Shown here one piece after another: positions 50,769 to 51,339 of a stretch of 51,339 bases of DNA (position 1 is its first letter; every line of letters begins with the position of its first letter). The position numbers and the translations under genes were made by a program. The notes under the pieces are model-generated. The model was given only the letters and a program-made list of their open reading frames with translations. It was not told where the DNA came from and ran no database searches. The stretch spans positions 1 to 51,339 of the forward strand of contig JAAYNF010000019.1 of the NCBI GenBank assembly GCA_012520975.1, given 5' to 3'. Origin of the DNA: Clostridiaceae bacterium. Its GTDB lineage: Bacteria > Bacillota > Clostridia > Saccharofermentanales > UBA5734.

Positions 50769-51003
50769 ATCTTATGACTCCTTTGTTTTGGTTAAACAAC
50801 AATTTCAATTATAGGGATGACTTCCCATTAAAACAAGGTTTAAGAAGCATCGAATTCCTTATCCATCCGACAAAAAACACGTTAAGTCTCGCTTTTCTGA
50901 TCAGCTTGCGTTATAATCGAAATCGGATTACATCGGGGCGACCGATCGTAATCGGTTCTATTCGATTTGTCAGCAATAAATTCTATTTAGGAGGGACTAT
51001 TCT

Positions 51004-51339
51004 ATGTCTGCTACCATCGTCGAACCGCACAAATCTTCAATCGGTAACCTAGATGCAAACGTTATGGCTCTGTTGGCCTATCTGGCCACGGGAATCCTGA
51101 TGTACATACCCTACATCAAATATGTCGCTTGGCTAGCCCCCCTTGTGTTGTTTTTTCTGGAAAAACAAAGTGGGTTTGTTCGCTTTCACGCCATGCAGGC
51201 CTTTATCCTGAATGCTGTTAATTTCCTGCTCACCGCGCTGATTGGCGGCATTATCATTGCCAGCATCACTGCCGCTGCTCAAAGAGCCCAAACATGGGAA
51301 GACGTCGGCGCTACTCTGGCCGGTGTCGGTATCATAACC
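51004..51339 (+). CDS. DUF4870-like membrane protein (truncated at window end)
   Basis: GGAGGG RBS; translation MSATIVEPHKSSIGNLDANVMALLAYL...FFLEKQSGFVRFHAMQA; open to the window edge. Confidence 0.8.
   Translation, partial: MSATIVEPHKSSIGNLDANVMALLAYLATGILMYIPYIKYVAWLAPLVLFFLEKQSGFVRFHAMQAFILNAVNFLLTALIGGIIIASITAAAQRAQTWEDVGATLAGVGIIT

Noticed and set aside
1-51339. CRISPR arrays, integrases, transposases, prophage genes
   Set aside because: No regularly spaced repeats or mobile-element protein motifs were seen

Overview
Chromosomal window of a Clostridia-class Firmicute, inferred from protein families, a T-box, Gram-positive SOS boxes and SigA-type promoters. It is mostly minus-strand housekeeping genes: secA, pheST with a Phe T-box, asnS, icd, gdh, dtd, maf-radC-mreCD-pbp2, comEC-holA, engB, tandem prs, rqcH, queH, ruvCAB, dCMP deaminase, lysA, desulfoferrodoxin, a YfhO protein and tRNA-Thr(CGT). 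I saw no CRISPR array, integrase or transposase. The most striking element is an orphan three-gene Tad/Flp minor-pilin cluster (9923-12668). Its last pilin ends in a domain resembling the EC869-type CdiA DNase toxin, but most catalytic residues are replaced and no immunity gene follows, making it a candidate DNA-binding pilus tip. Other notable items: a pnp-ahcY-deaminase operon with an S-inosylhomocysteine-type signature, a small membrane protein with two LexA boxes upstream of ruvCAB, a catalytically eroded MgsA, an mre operon lacking mreB/minCDE/rodA, a circularly permuted amino-acid binding protein, an apparently degenerate prs paralog, and a decayed islet at the tRNA 3' end. All family calls are by-eye motif recognition, not database searches.
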